A DNA stretch of 64,000 nt from an uncultured Verrucomicrobiae bacterium (GCA_963735805.1 CAVTMK010000004.1:448001-512000); one strand, 5' to 3'. Counted from the first letter of the stretch, positions 10,217-19,527 are shown. Numbers and translations are program-made. Notes: a model not told the origin generated them from the sequence alone.

Positions 10217-10695
10217 ATAGTGCCGCATTCGTCCTTATCGCGATCCTGACACTGGCCGCGGCGCTAGGCGCCGCCACGCTCCAAAAGCTCATGCACGCAA
10301 CGCTGAGTTTTGCCGTGGCGCTTGTCGGCGTCGCCGCGCTCTTCTTTCTGTTGGGCGCAGAATTTGTCGGCCTGGTACTCGTGTTTGTTTATGTCGGTGC
10401 GGTCGCGGTACTAATCGTATTTACGATTCTCCTAACGCGGCGTGACGTGGGAAAAGATCGCGGCGTTAACTGGGGTGGTGCGCTCCTGGCGATTGCGGTA
10501 TTCGTCGGTTTGCTGTGGGCAGTTCTTAAGACGCAATCGGTTGCCACTGTCGCCCCGCATATTCGAGCGCTTACGGTTAAGAGAATCGGCGAAACTTTGA
10601 TGACCGGTTATGTCTGGCCATTGCAATGTGTAGGGCTTCTTCTCACCGCAGCGTTGATCGGCGCACTGGTTCTTGTGATGGAGGAGAAGCGGTGA
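10213..10695 (+). CDS. nuoJ: NADH-quinone oxidoreductase subunit J
   Basis: ATG at 10213 overlaps the nuoH stop (ATGA); LGAEFVGLVLVFVYVGAVAVLIVF; IGETLMTGYVWP..GLLLTAALIGALVL. Confidence 0.92.
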   Translation: MNSAAFVLIAILTLAAALGAATLQKLMHATLSFAVALVGVAALFFLLGAEFVGLVLVFVYVGAVAVLIVFTILLTRRDVGKDRGVNWGGALLAIAVFVGLLWAVLKTQSVATVAPHIRALTVKRIGETLMTGYVWPLQCVGLLLTAALIGALVLVMEEKR

Positions 10696-11006
10696 CACCG
10701 ACGCTTCAAATCTTCCTCATCGTCTCTTCGGCGCTCTTTTCGGTGGGCCTGCTGGCTGTTTTGAGCCGTCGACACGCCATCTTTATTCTGATTGGGATCG
10801 AGATGATGCTTGCCGCGGCAAACCTCAATTTCATTGCGTTTTGGCGTTTCAGTCCGCAATCGCAGCCGCCGACGGGTGTGATGATCGCCATTTTCGCAAT
10901 CGCCATTGCCGCCGCTGAAGCCGCAGTCGGCCTTGCGCTGGTAATCGCGGTCTATCGGCACTATCACACAACAAACGTCGACCGTTTCGACCAGCTCAAA
11001 GGATGA
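10692..11006 (+). CDS. nuoK: NADH-quinone oxidoreductase subunit K
   Basis: GTG start overlaps the nuoJ stop; RRHAIFILIGIEMML; IAAAEAAVGLALVIAVYR; C-terminal LKG. Confidence 0.93.
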   Translation: MTPTLQIFLIVSSALFSVGLLAVLSRRHAIFILIGIEMMLAAANLNFIAFWRFSPQSQPPTGVMIAIFAIAIAAAEAAVGLALVIAVYRHYHTTNVDRFDQLKG

Positions 11007-13000
11007 GCCGCTGGATCATCCCTCATCTCTGGTTGATCCCCGCCGTCCCGTTCGCGGTTTCTTTGGCAATTTTGAGCTTGCCGAAGGCACGTCACAAAGG
11101 CGCAGCAGCGCTGGCGGTCGTTGGGCAGTTCGCCGCACTCGCTATGTCATTCTTCGCGTTCATTCCGACGCTCGATCCACCAGGATTCCGCTTCGTGCAG
11201 AATTTCACCTGGTTCACCTTCGGCGATCACGCGCTGCGTCTGGGGTGGCTTCTTGATCCGCTCACAGCCGTCATGCTGATGATGATCACGCTGGTCGGGT
11301 TATGCATCTTCGTCTTCAGCATCGGTTACATGGCAGGCGACAAGAATTTCGTCCGCTTTTTTGCGTATCTCTCGTTTTTTTCTGGCGCAATGCTGGGGCT
11401 CGTTATTTCGAACAGCTTGCTTCTTTTGTTTATCTGCTGGGAACTGGTTGGCCTGGCGTCTTATTTACTCATCGGATTTTGGATCGAGCGACCGAGCGCA
11501 GCTGCGGCGGCAAAAAAGGCATTCATCACTACTCGCATCGGCGACATGGGCTTTTTCCTTGGCTTGCTTTGGCTCTACGGCCGCAGCGGCACATTGCTCT
11601 TTTACGATGGCGGGAATGGTTGTCTTGAAAGCGCCGGTCTCGCCATGCTCGGCGTCAGTGTCACTTTTATCGCGTTGCTGATTTTCTGTGGTGCGGTAGG
11701 CAAGTCGGGACAGTTCCCGCTGCATGTCTGGTTGCCGGATGCGATGGAAGGTCCGACTCCCGTCAGCGCGCTAATCCATGCTGCAACGATGGTGGCTGCC
11801 GGCGTTTTTCTGGTGGCACGCGTTTACCCGGTCTTCTCGTTAGGTGCGATCAACGGCGTTACGCCTTCGCTTACGGTCGTCGTATGGATTGGAGTAACTA
11901 CGGCACTAATGGCCGCGCTCATCGCGATAGCGCAGACTGATATCAAACGTATCCTCGCGTATTCGACTGTTTCTCAACTCGGCTTGATGATGGTTTCGCT
12001 CGGCGTGGGCGGCGTCGCCGCCGGAATGATGCATCTCCTGGCACACGGTTTTTTCAAGGCGTTGTTGTTTCTCGGGGCTGGCTCAGTCATTCACGGGTGC
12101 CATGGCGAACAGGACATACGGAAAATGGGCGGTTTGCGCCGCCTTATGCCGGTCACGTTTTCGACTTATGCGATCGGCATGATGGCTCTCAGTGGCGTGC
12201 CGCTCTTCTTTTCCGGTGCTTGGACAAAGGAGGAAGTCCTGCATGTGACCGCGCATTGGCCGGTCTCGCGTTTACCATATTACTTTCTGCTGGCCGGCGT
12301 CGTCCTTACAGCGCTCTACATGACCCGGCAAATCATCTACGTTTTCTTCGGAGACCAGCGCGCCGCCTCTGAGGGGGCCCATGAAAGCCCGCCGGTCATG
12401 ACGATCCCGCTGATTGCACTCGCGACTTGTGCAATTTTGTTCAGCATTGTACTGACGCCAGCATGGCCTTGGCTGCACGACTATCTAACAGGCAGGTCTG
12501 CGCACGTCGAACTTGCGCGCCTGATTGAGCCGGCGCTTTTTCTTTCGCTCGCCCTTGTGGGAGCGGGCGTTGCGCTCGGCATCTGGATGTATCGCAGAGC
12601 TGGCATGCGAGACAGACAGCGTCCCGCTGACATCGATCCGGTTGAATTCGCGCAGCCCCAATTATTCCGATTCTTCGAAAATAAAATGTGGATCGATGAA
12701 CTTTATGCTCGCACAGTCATCGCGTTCAGTTGGACCAGCGCGAGTCTGGCCGACTGGATGGACCGCCATTTCTGGGATCGCCTGGTACGCGGAGTCGGTG
12801 CGATCGGTCAAGTTTTCGGAATGTTTACCACCAGCGTAGATGAGCGCGGAATCAATGCTGGCGTCGATGAGACGACCGTGGGCACCCGCGGCCTGGGTCG
12901 CCTGATGTCGACTGCGCACTCCGGACAAATCCAAACATATCTCGGTGCCATAGCGATCGGTGTGTTGGCACTATTGCTTTTCTACGCATGGTTGGCTTGA
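11003..13000 (+). CDS. nuoL: NADH-quinone oxidoreductase subunit L (elongated lateral helix)
   Basis: WELVGLASYLLIGFW; GKSGQFPLHVWLPDAMEGPTPVSALIHAATMVAAGV; HGFFKALLFLGAGSVIH; C-terminal SGQIQTY plus TM helix. Confidence 0.96.
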   Translation: MSRWIIPHLWLIPAVPFAVSLAILSLPKARHKGAAALAVVGQFAALAMSFFAFIPTLDPPGFRFVQNFTWFTFGDHALRLGWLLDPLTAVMLMMITLVGLCIFVFSIGYMAGDKNFVRFFAYLSFFSGAMLGLVISNSLLLLFICWELVGLASYLLIGFWIERPSAAAAAKKAFITTRIGDMGFFLGLLWLYGRSGTLLFYDGGNGCLESAGLAMLGVSVTFIALLIFCGAVGKSGQFPLHVWLPDAMEGPTPVSALIHAATMVAAGVFLVARVYPVFSLGAINGVTPSLTVVVWIGVTTALMAALIAIAQTDIKRILAYSTVSQLGLMMVSLGVGGVAAGMMHLLAHGFFKALLFLGAGSVIHGCHGEQDIRKMGGLRRLMPVTFSTYAIGMMALSGVPLFFSGAWTKEEVLHVTAHWPVSRLPYYFLLAGVVLTALYMTRQIIYVFFGDQRAASEGAHESPPVMTIPLIALATCAILFSIVLTPAWPWLHDYLTGRSAHVELARLIEPALFLSLALVGAGVALGIWMYRRAGMRDRQRPADIDPVEFAQPQLFRFFENKMWIDELYARTVIAFSWTSASLADWMDRHFWDRLVRGVGAIGQVFGMFTTSVDERGINAGVDETTVGTRGLGRLMSTAHSGQIQTYLGAIAIGVLALLLFYAWLA

Positions 13001-14460
13001 TCAGTGCGCTCATCCTGATTCCGTTGGTGGGTGCGCTTACGCTCTTTGCGGCCCCGGGGAGAAGCGCGCGTCCAATCGCGCTGTTGTTTAACGCGCTGGC
13101 TGCGTCTGACGCGTTGCTGTCGTGGCACTCCTTCGATATTCGCGCGGCCGGCGTTCAATTGGTCGAACGCCACGCATGGATTCCCGCAATCGGCGCCGAG
13201 TATCTCGTCGGAATCGACGGTTTAAGCCTGCTGCTGGTGTTACTTACCTCGCTGATTATTCCCTTTGCGTTGCTCGCGGAGAGGATGGACCGCGGTTTTT
13301 GCGCGCTGATGCTAATCATGCAATCAGCGCTTTACGGCACGTTCACGGCTCAGAACTTTATTCTCTGGTTCTTGTTCTACGAAATGAGCCTGATTCCCGC
13401 GTTCCTGCTCATCAAAATCTGGGGAGGAAAAAATCGCGACCGCGCTGCGACGAAGTTTTTTCTCTACACGTTTCTCGGAAGCGTGGCGATGCTGCTCGGA
13501 TTCCTCGGAATCTATCTGGCCAGGGGTTCGTTCGATTTCGCCACGCTCGCCAGTCAGGGTAAAAACGGATTGCTTACTGGTAAAGTCGCCTGGGTTGCTT
13601 TTGCGGGAATCTTCCTTGGGCTTGCGGTTAAAGTGCCACTGTTCCCATTTCACACCTGGCTACCCGACGCATATGAAAACGCGCCGACCGGTGTCGCAAT
13701 GGTACTAACGGGCGCGCTTTCGAAAATGGGCGTTTACGGTTTCGTGCGCCTGCTGCTTCCACTTTTTCCAAACGAAATCAGAATTATTGGGCCATGGCTG
13801 GTGGCGCTTGCGATCTGTTCGGTTGTTTTCGCTCCGCTGGCAGCGTTGGCCCAGTCCGACTTGAAACGAATGGTCGCATACCTATCGGTCAACCATCTTG
13901 GCTACTGCATGCTTGGCTTGTTCGCGGTAGCTACCTCATCCGTTGGTGCCGCGATCGACACGCAGTCGGCGTTGAGCGGTGTGTTTATGCAGATCTTCAA
14001 TCACGGAATCACTGCGGCTGCATTGTTTTATTTGGTCGGGCTGCTCGAGCAACGCCGTGGCCAGCGCGGCATCGATGACTTCGGAGGATTGATGCAGCGG
14101 ACACCAATTCTTTGTGGCTGGATGAGCGTCGCCATGTTTTCGTCACTGGGTTTGCCTGGGCTAAACGGTTTCATTGGCGAGTTCCTGATTTTTAAAGGTT
14201 CATTTTCCATCACGGCACCGTTTACGGCCATTGCGGTGATTGGCTTGCTTGTTACAGCGATCGTTTTCGTGCGCGCTATGCAGGCCCTCTTCAGCGGACC
14301 GCTGGCGGAAAGCTGCGCCGCTTTCCCGGATCTGTTGCTCAGGGAAAAGATTGCCATCATTCCTGTGACATTGCTCATGTTTGCCATCGGCCTCACACCG
14401 CAATTCATGTTCAACATTTTCAACACGACCGTGACTCATATGGCGCGGCTGTTTGGTTGA
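12988..14460 (+). CDS. nuoM: NADH-quinone oxidoreductase subunit M (copy 1)
   Basis: LVGIDGLS; YEMSLIP; AVKVPLFPFHTWLPDAYENAPT; SSLGLPGLNGFIGEF. Confidence 0.93.
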   Translation: MVGLISALILIPLVGALTLFAAPGRSARPIALLFNALAASDALLSWHSFDIRAAGVQLVERHAWIPAIGAEYLVGIDGLSLLLVLLTSLIIPFALLAERMDRGFCALMLIMQSALYGTFTAQNFILWFLFYEMSLIPAFLLIKIWGGKNRDRAATKFFLYTFLGSVAMLLGFLGIYLARGSFDFATLASQGKNGLLTGKVAWVAFAGIFLGLAVKVPLFPFHTWLPDAYENAPTGVAMVLTGALSKMGVYGFVRLLLPLFPNEIRIIGPWLVALAICSVVFAPLAALAQSDLKRMVAYLSVNHLGYCMLGLFAVATSSVGAAIDTQSALSGVFMQIFNHGITAAALFYLVGLLEQRRGQRGIDDFGGLMQRTPILCGWMSVAMFSSLGLPGLNGFIGEFLIFKGSFSITAPFTAIAVIGLLVTAIVFVRAMQALFSGPLAESCAAFPDLLLREKIAIIPVTLLMFAIGLTPQFMFNIFNTTVTHMARLFG

Positions 14461-14472
14461 GATTCATCGCGA

Positions 14473-15012
14473 ATGAGCAAGGAGATCATTCCCGCTGAGC
14501 GCGTGGTGGAATCGATTCGCTGGATTCGCGGCCAGAAAGTGCTGCTCGATTCTGATCTCGCGACCTTGTATGGCGTGACGACTGGGAACCTGAATAAGGC
14601 TGTAAAGCGCAACGCTGAACGATTTCCATCCGATTTCATGTTTCAGCTTAAGCCTGAAGAACTTGCAAAGTTGAAACTCCAATTCGGAATATCAAGTTGG
14701 GGCGGGCGTCGGCGGTCACGTCCTTATGTTTTCACAGAGCAAGGCGTTGCGATGCTCTCCAGCGTATTGAGGAGCCAGCGCGCTGTGAAGGTGAATATCG
14801 CGATCATGCGCGCGTTCGTGAAACTTCGTCAGGTGCTCGACACAAATCGTGAACTCGCACAGAAATTTTCAGAACTCGAAAGGCGCGTTGGAAAACATGA
14901 TGAGGAAATCGTTGGAATTCTTGAGGCCATCCGGCAATTGATGGCACCCCCGGAAAAAACGCGTCGGGAAATTGGATTTCATGTGCGGGAGAGGCAGCCG
15001 CACTATCGGTGA
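14473..15012 (+). CDS. ORF6N-domain (KilA-N-like, phage antirepressor-type) DNA-binding protein
   Basis: IRGQKVLLDSDLATLYGVTT..LNKAVKRN.ERFP.DFMFQL; PYVFTEQGVAMLSSVL; C-terminal RREIGF. Confidence 0.9.
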   Translation: MSKEIIPAERVVESIRWIRGQKVLLDSDLATLYGVTTGNLNKAVKRNAERFPSDFMFQLKPEELAKLKLQFGISSWGGRRRSRPYVFTEQGVAMLSSVLRSQRAVKVNIAIMRAFVKLRQVLDTNRELAQKFSELERRVGKHDEEIVGILEAIRQLMAPPEKTRREIGFHVRERQPHYR

Positions 15013-15022
15013 CCAAACCCGC

Positions 15023-16489
15023 ATGATTGCCTGGACCATTTACCTTACATTCGGGGGCGCAGTGCTGCTGCTCTTATTCCCTGGAGCGTTTGCGCGCTGG
15101 ATTGCGCTGTTTACGACTCTCGCGGGTTTGGTCCTGGACGTTATTACGTTTGTTCGTACACCAATTGCGGATCTTGCTCATTTCATGACGATCGTAAGTG
15201 TGCCCTGGGTGCCAGCCCTTGGGATGAATTACCATCTCGCTTTTGATGGCGTCAGTCTTACGATGGTTCTTGTCACAGGCATCTCCGCAGTAAGCACTGT
15301 GTTGTTTTCATGGGATGTCGATGATCGTCAGCGCGAATTCTTCTTCTGGTTGCTACTCGTTGTCGGAGGTTGCTACGGAGTTTTCCTTAGCGCCGACTTG
15401 TTTCTGCTGTTTGCATTCTACGAACTGGTGATTGTGCCGAAGTATTTTCTCATTGCCATCTTCGGATCGACCAACAGGGAGTATGGCGCAATGAAGCTGA
15501 CGCTCTACTCGTTCTTCGGGGGGATGTTCGTTTTCGCCGGAATCCTTGTCGCTTATGTGACCGCCGGCTCACTGGATCTCATTCAACTGGCGCGATTCCA
15601 CTTTAGTCCGGAACTTCAATCTTGGGCATTTCCTGTGTTGTTCCTTGGGTTCGCTGTGCTTGCCGGCATGTGGCCATTGCATACCTGGGCGCCAACCGGC
15701 CATGTCGCTGCACCTACTGCCGGGTCGATGTTGCTGGCCGGCATCGTGATGAAACTTGGTGCTTATGCAGGCCTGCGCGTTGCGATGAATCTGTTCCCGG
15801 AGGGATTCCATGCATGGAGTAAATGGCTCGCCGTCCTTGCCGTGGTCGGAATTGTTTACGCGGCCGCAGTAGCATTGCGTCAGCATGATCTGAAATTTGT
15901 CATTGGTTATTCGAGCGTCAGCCACATGGGTTTCGTGCTGCTAGGTCTGGCCACGGCAAACGCGCTCGGTGTTTCCGGAGCCGTCCTGCAAATGTTTTCG
16001 CACGGGGTGATTGCGGCGCTGTTGTTCGCTGTTGCCGGACGGATGCTCTATCGGCGCACTCACACGCGCGAGCTCGACGCTCTCTCGGAAATGAATTTGA
16101 GCCATGCGCTACCCTTCGCCGCGGTCACTTTCGTGATTGCATCCGCTGCGTCGATGGGCATCCCCGGCTTCAGCGGGTTCGCAGCGGAAATCACGATTCT
16201 GATTGGCGCGTGGAAAACCTATCCGATCGCGGTTTGGATCACCGGCGCCGGTATGGTTCTTGTAGCGGCCTTCACCTTGCGCGCGCTCATAAAATCCTTT
16301 TTTGGTGACGTACGCGTGCAGACGGGTCGTGGTCCTACGGATGCGGATTGGAATGAGCAATCGATCACGCTTGCTGAGAAGTGTGGGGCTTGTTTGCTCA
16401 TGTTCGCCACGCTTGCAGTCGGACTTTATCCGAAGGTTCTACTCGATCGCATCATCCCGGCAGTGGAAGCGATGAGGTTTCTAAAATGA
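15023..16489 (+). CDS. nuoM: NADH-quinone oxidoreductase subunit M (copy 2, divergent)
   Basis: Likely ATG at 15023 (MIAWTIYL); YHLAFDGVSL; YELVIVP; WPLHTWAPTGHVAAPTAGSMLLAGIVMKLG; YSSVSHMG; ASMGIPGFSGFAAE. Confidence 0.9.
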   Translation: MIAWTIYLTFGGAVLLLLFPGAFARWIALFTTLAGLVLDVITFVRTPIADLAHFMTIVSVPWVPALGMNYHLAFDGVSLTMVLVTGISAVSTVLFSWDVDDRQREFFFWLLLVVGGCYGVFLSADLFLLFAFYELVIVPKYFLIAIFGSTNREYGAMKLTLYSFFGGMFVFAGILVAYVTAGSLDLIQLARFHFSPELQSWAFPVLFLGFAVLAGMWPLHTWAPTGHVAAPTAGSMLLAGIVMKLGAYAGLRVAMNLFPEGFHAWSKWLAVLAVVGIVYAAAVALRQHDLKFVIGYSSVSHMGFVLLGLATANALGVSGAVLQMFSHGVIAALLFAVAGRMLYRRTHTRELDALSEMNLSHALPFAAVTFVIASAASMGIPGFSGFAAEITILIGAWKTYPIAVWITGAGMVLVAAFTLRALIKSFFGDVRVQTGRGPTDADWNEQSITLAEKCGACLLMFATLAVGLYPKVLLDRIIPAVEAMRFLK

Positions 16490-18033
16490 GATCTCTGGTT
16501 TCAACGATGTCGTATCTGGAGCTGCTTAAGCTAGCGTTTCCTGAAGCCGTTGTTGTGATCAGCGCTCTGGTCGTGCTTGCGATTGGGCTAATGAGCAGGC
16601 GAACCACTGTGGTGGCAGGCGTCTCGCCTGCTAGACCGGCAGCCAGCCCAGTTGGCGCGAATGCCGTTTCAGGCCGGTGCTCGCTGGTTGCCATGCTCGG
16701 GATTGCCATCGCGATAGCCGCGGTGCTGATGCTGCCGCGCTATGCGAGCCTTTTTGGAGGGATGCTTGTGATCACGCCGCTGACATCGCTTTTCAAAATC
16801 ATTTGCCTCGTGCTTGCATTTTTCACGGTATCTCTGGTGCAGGGAGAAAAATCTCTGCCTCATTCGGGCGAATATCTGGCGATCATTCTTATGGCAACGG
16901 TCGGTCTCATGCTGCTCGTTGGCAGCGAAGAGTTGCTCATGATCTTTATCGGCCTTGAACTGCTAGGCCTTTCCCTTTACGTGATGACTGCATTTGACAA
17001 GGCCGATGTGCGATCGGCGGAAGCGGGCCTGAAATACTTTTTGTTTGGCAGTACGGCCAGCGCATTTACGCTTTTCGGAATTAGCTTGGTCTACGGTATG
17101 TCCGGAAGCACCGGGCTCGTTACGATCTCGGAAAAATTGGCGACCGCATCGGATCAACCTTTGCTTGCGACCGGCATCATCATGACGCTGATCGGCTTCG
17201 CATTCAAAATTGCCGCTGCGCCGTTCCACTTATGGGCACCTGATGCGTATCAGGGAGCGCCCGTTCCGAGTGCAGCGTTTATCGCTTCGGGGTCAAAGGT
17301 TGCTTCGTTCGTCGTGCTTGGAAAAATCGTGCTGGTCGGCTTTGGCACGATGCATGGCAGCGCCGCGTGGCACGCGATGACGGAGGGTTGGTCGCCGGTC
17401 CTCGCCGTACTGGCTGCGTTGTCGATTCTGGTTGGAAACCTAGTGGCACTTGCACAGAGCAATGTTCGGCGGCTCCTTGCCTACTCCGCTGTCGCCCACG
17501 CTGGCTACACTCTGCTTGGACTGGTCGCCGGAAGCAGGGATGGTTTTTCGGCAACCCTTTTCTACACTGTTGTTTACGCAATCACCCTAGTCGGTGCGTT
17601 CGGAGTCGTTGCTCTCGTACGCAGCGAAACCGGTGGCGACGATCTGAAAGATTTTTCCGGACTGGCTCGGCGTGCTCCGTTGCTCTCTGGCTGCATGGCT
17701 ATCTTCATGCTCTCCCTGGCAGGAATACCTCCGCTGGCCGGATTTTTCGGAAAATTCTATTTGTTCAGCGCTACACTGAAAGCGGGTGGAAGTTATGGCC
17801 TGCTCTGGCTTGTCGCGTTAGCGCTCTTTGGCAGTTTTGTGTCGCTCTATTATTATCTGATGGTGTTGAAAGCGATTTTCGTGGAGTCCTCGCCCGACAG
17901 CTCTTTGTTGTCCAATCGTCCATCGTCCTATTTGCTGCAGCGAACCACTGTCGCGGTGCTCGCCGCATCCGTTCTCCTGCTTGGCCTAATGCCAGACACC
18001 CTGGCGGCACGAATCCTTGCTGCCATGCCGTAA
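16486..18033 (+). CDS. nuoN: NADH-quinone oxidoreductase subunit N
   Basis: ATGA overlap with nuoM2; SAEAGLKYF; FKIAAAPFHLWAPDAYQGAP; RRLLAYSAVAHAGY; SLAGIPPLAGFFGK; SLYYYL. Confidence 0.95.
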   Translation: MRSLVSTMSYLELLKLAFPEAVVVISALVVLAIGLMSRRTTVVAGVSPARPAASPVGANAVSGRCSLVAMLGIAIAIAAVLMLPRYASLFGGMLVITPLTSLFKIICLVLAFFTVSLVQGEKSLPHSGEYLAIILMATVGLMLLVGSEELLMIFIGLELLGLSLYVMTAFDKADVRSAEAGLKYFLFGSTASAFTLFGISLVYGMSGSTGLVTISEKLATASDQPLLATGIIMTLIGFAFKIAAAPFHLWAPDAYQGAPVPSAAFIASGSKVASFVVLGKIVLVGFGTMHGSAAWHAMTEGWSPVLAVLAALSILVGNLVALAQSNVRRLLAYSAVAHAGYTLLGLVAGSRDGFSATLFYTVVYAITLVGAFGVVALVRSETGGDDLKDFSGLARRAPLLSGCMAIFMLSLAGIPPLAGFFGKFYLFSATLKAGGSYGLLWLVALALFGSFVSLYYYLMVLKAIFVESSPDSSLLSNRPSSYLLQRTTVAVLAASVLLLGLMPDTLAARILAAMP

Positions 18034-18117
18034 GAATTTCGGCAAAAAAGATCGTGATTAACGCTTGACTATCACGGTATAAGTTTTGCATCAAATCGAG
18101 AAGCATAGACTGGAAGA

Positions 18118-19104
18118 GTGGATGAAGTGAAGATGGGCAGCATCAGCCAGTTCATTGATCGGCATTTTCGTCACTTCAATGCGGCAGTGCTTAAAGATGC
18201 CGCGGACGCCTATACCGCGCATCTCAAAGGCGGCGGGAAAATGATGATCACGCTCGCTGGGGCAATGAGCACCGCAGAACTCGGAATTTCTCTCGCAGAA
18301 ATGATTCGGCAGGACAAGGTGCACGCGATTACCTGCACTGGAGCGAATTTGGAGGAAGACCTTTTCAATCTGGTCGCGCGTAGCAAGTACGAACGCATTC
18401 CCAACTATCGCGAGTTGAGTCCGCAGCAGGAAGATGAACTGCTCCGGCGCCATCTCAATCGGGTGACTGATACGTGTATTCCCGAGGAGGAGGCGATGCG
18501 AAGGATCGAGCACATCGTACTGGAGGAGTGGGTGGGCGAATCGAAAAAGAAGCAGCGAAAATTTCCGCACGAATTTTTCTATAAAATCTTACGAGAATGT
18601 CGGCTAAAGAAATTTTACGAGATCGACCCCGCCGACAGTTGGATGATCGCCGCTGCGCACAAGGATCTTCCAGTCTTTGTGCCTGGCTGGGAAGATTCGA
18701 CGTTGGGAAATATTTATGCTGCGCGCTGCATCACAGGGGCGATCACCGATGTGCATACGGTTCGCTCGGGCATCGAATACATGATCGCGCTCGCGGAATG
18801 GTACCGTCGGATGTCGCAGGATTCGTCTATTGGTTTTTTCCAGATTGGCGGCGGGATTGCCGGTGATTTTCCGATTTGCGTTGTGCCCATGCTAAATCAA
18901 GACGTGGTAACAACGCCTGTTCCGGAGTGGGGCTATTTCTGTCAGATCAGCGATTCTACAACCAGCTTCGGATCGTATTCCGGCGCGGTACCCAATGAAA
19001 AGATCACATGGGGAAAACTGAATATCGACACACCGAAGTTCATTATCGAATCCGACGCCACGATTGTCGCTCCCCTCATTTTTGCCAAAATCCTGGGCTG
19101 GTGA
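18118..19104 (+). CDS. Deoxyhypusine synthase-like protein (probable homospermidine/polyamine biosynthesis)
   Basis: LAGAMST, TGANLEED, GGGIAGDF, GSYSGAVPNEKITWGK (conserved catalytic Lys position). Confidence 0.88.
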   Translation: MDEVKMGSISQFIDRHFRHFNAAVLKDAADAYTAHLKGGGKMMITLAGAMSTAELGISLAEMIRQDKVHAITCTGANLEEDLFNLVARSKYERIPNYRELSPQQEDELLRRHLNRVTDTCIPEEEAMRRIEHIVLEEWVGESKKKQRKFPHEFFYKILRECRLKKFYEIDPADSWMIAAAHKDLPVFVPGWEDSTLGNIYAARCITGAITDVHTVRSGIEYMIALAEWYRRMSQDSSIGFFQIGGGIAGDFPICVVPMLNQDVVTTPVPEWGYFCQISDSTTSFGSYSGAVPNEKITWGKLNIDTPKFIIESDATIVAPLIFAKILGW

Positions 19105-19105
19105 T

Positions 19106-19141
19106 GGTCGGCGATCGTCGCCGCCTGGCGGTGATCCGACC
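19106..19141. repeat. GC-rich imperfect hairpin between convergent genes (REP-like or terminator-like)
   Basis: ggtcgg-cg-atcgtcgcc gcct ggcggtgat-ccgacc. Confidence 0.5.
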
Positions 19142-19176
19142 GCCAACCGCGCACTGACAACTGCTGGGTCTGTTTT

Positions 19177-19527
19177 TTACTGCCAATGACCCGCAATCCA
19201 GACCCAGCCGCCGGGCCGCCGCAGCCAGTGGCCTGCCACCCACACCGCAGCTGGTCTGGGCCGGACTATCCAACTGCCCGACACCCAGACGTAGTCGGTG
19301 CCTGTCCATCGCCAATAACCGGTCGTCCAAACGTATCCTGGTCCGGGTGCCACAGTCTGCGTCTCGACGCGGACTGGCGGCGGAGGTCTCGTCACCAGCA
19401 CCTCGCGAGCTGGACCCGTTGTTGTCACTTCCTGCGTGGTCGTTGTCGTCGTCACCGTGGCTGGCTGTTCTACGCAGCTAACCAATGCCAACGGCACCAA
19501 CATCAATAGGTAAGAGATTCTCTTCAT
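19177..19527 (-). CDS. YXWGXW-repeat lipoprotein
   Basis: MKRISYLLMLVPLALVSC lipobox; Thr-rich linker; PGPGYVWTTGYWRW, YVWVSGSW, VWVAGHW, WVWIAGHW repeats. Confidence 0.85.
   Translation of the reverse strand: MKRISYLLMLVPLALVSCVEQPATVTTTTTTQEVTTTGPAREVLVTRPPPPVRVETQTVAPGPGYVWTTGYWRWTGTDYVWVSGSWIVRPRPAAVWVAGHWLRRPGGWVWIAGHWQ

Noticed and set aside
9029..18033. Interpretation as an Mrp Na+/H+ antiporter or hydrogenase-4 membrane module
   Set aside because: NuoH, J and K signatures and L/M/N-type motifs are present, with no MrpE/F/G or hydrogenase subunits.
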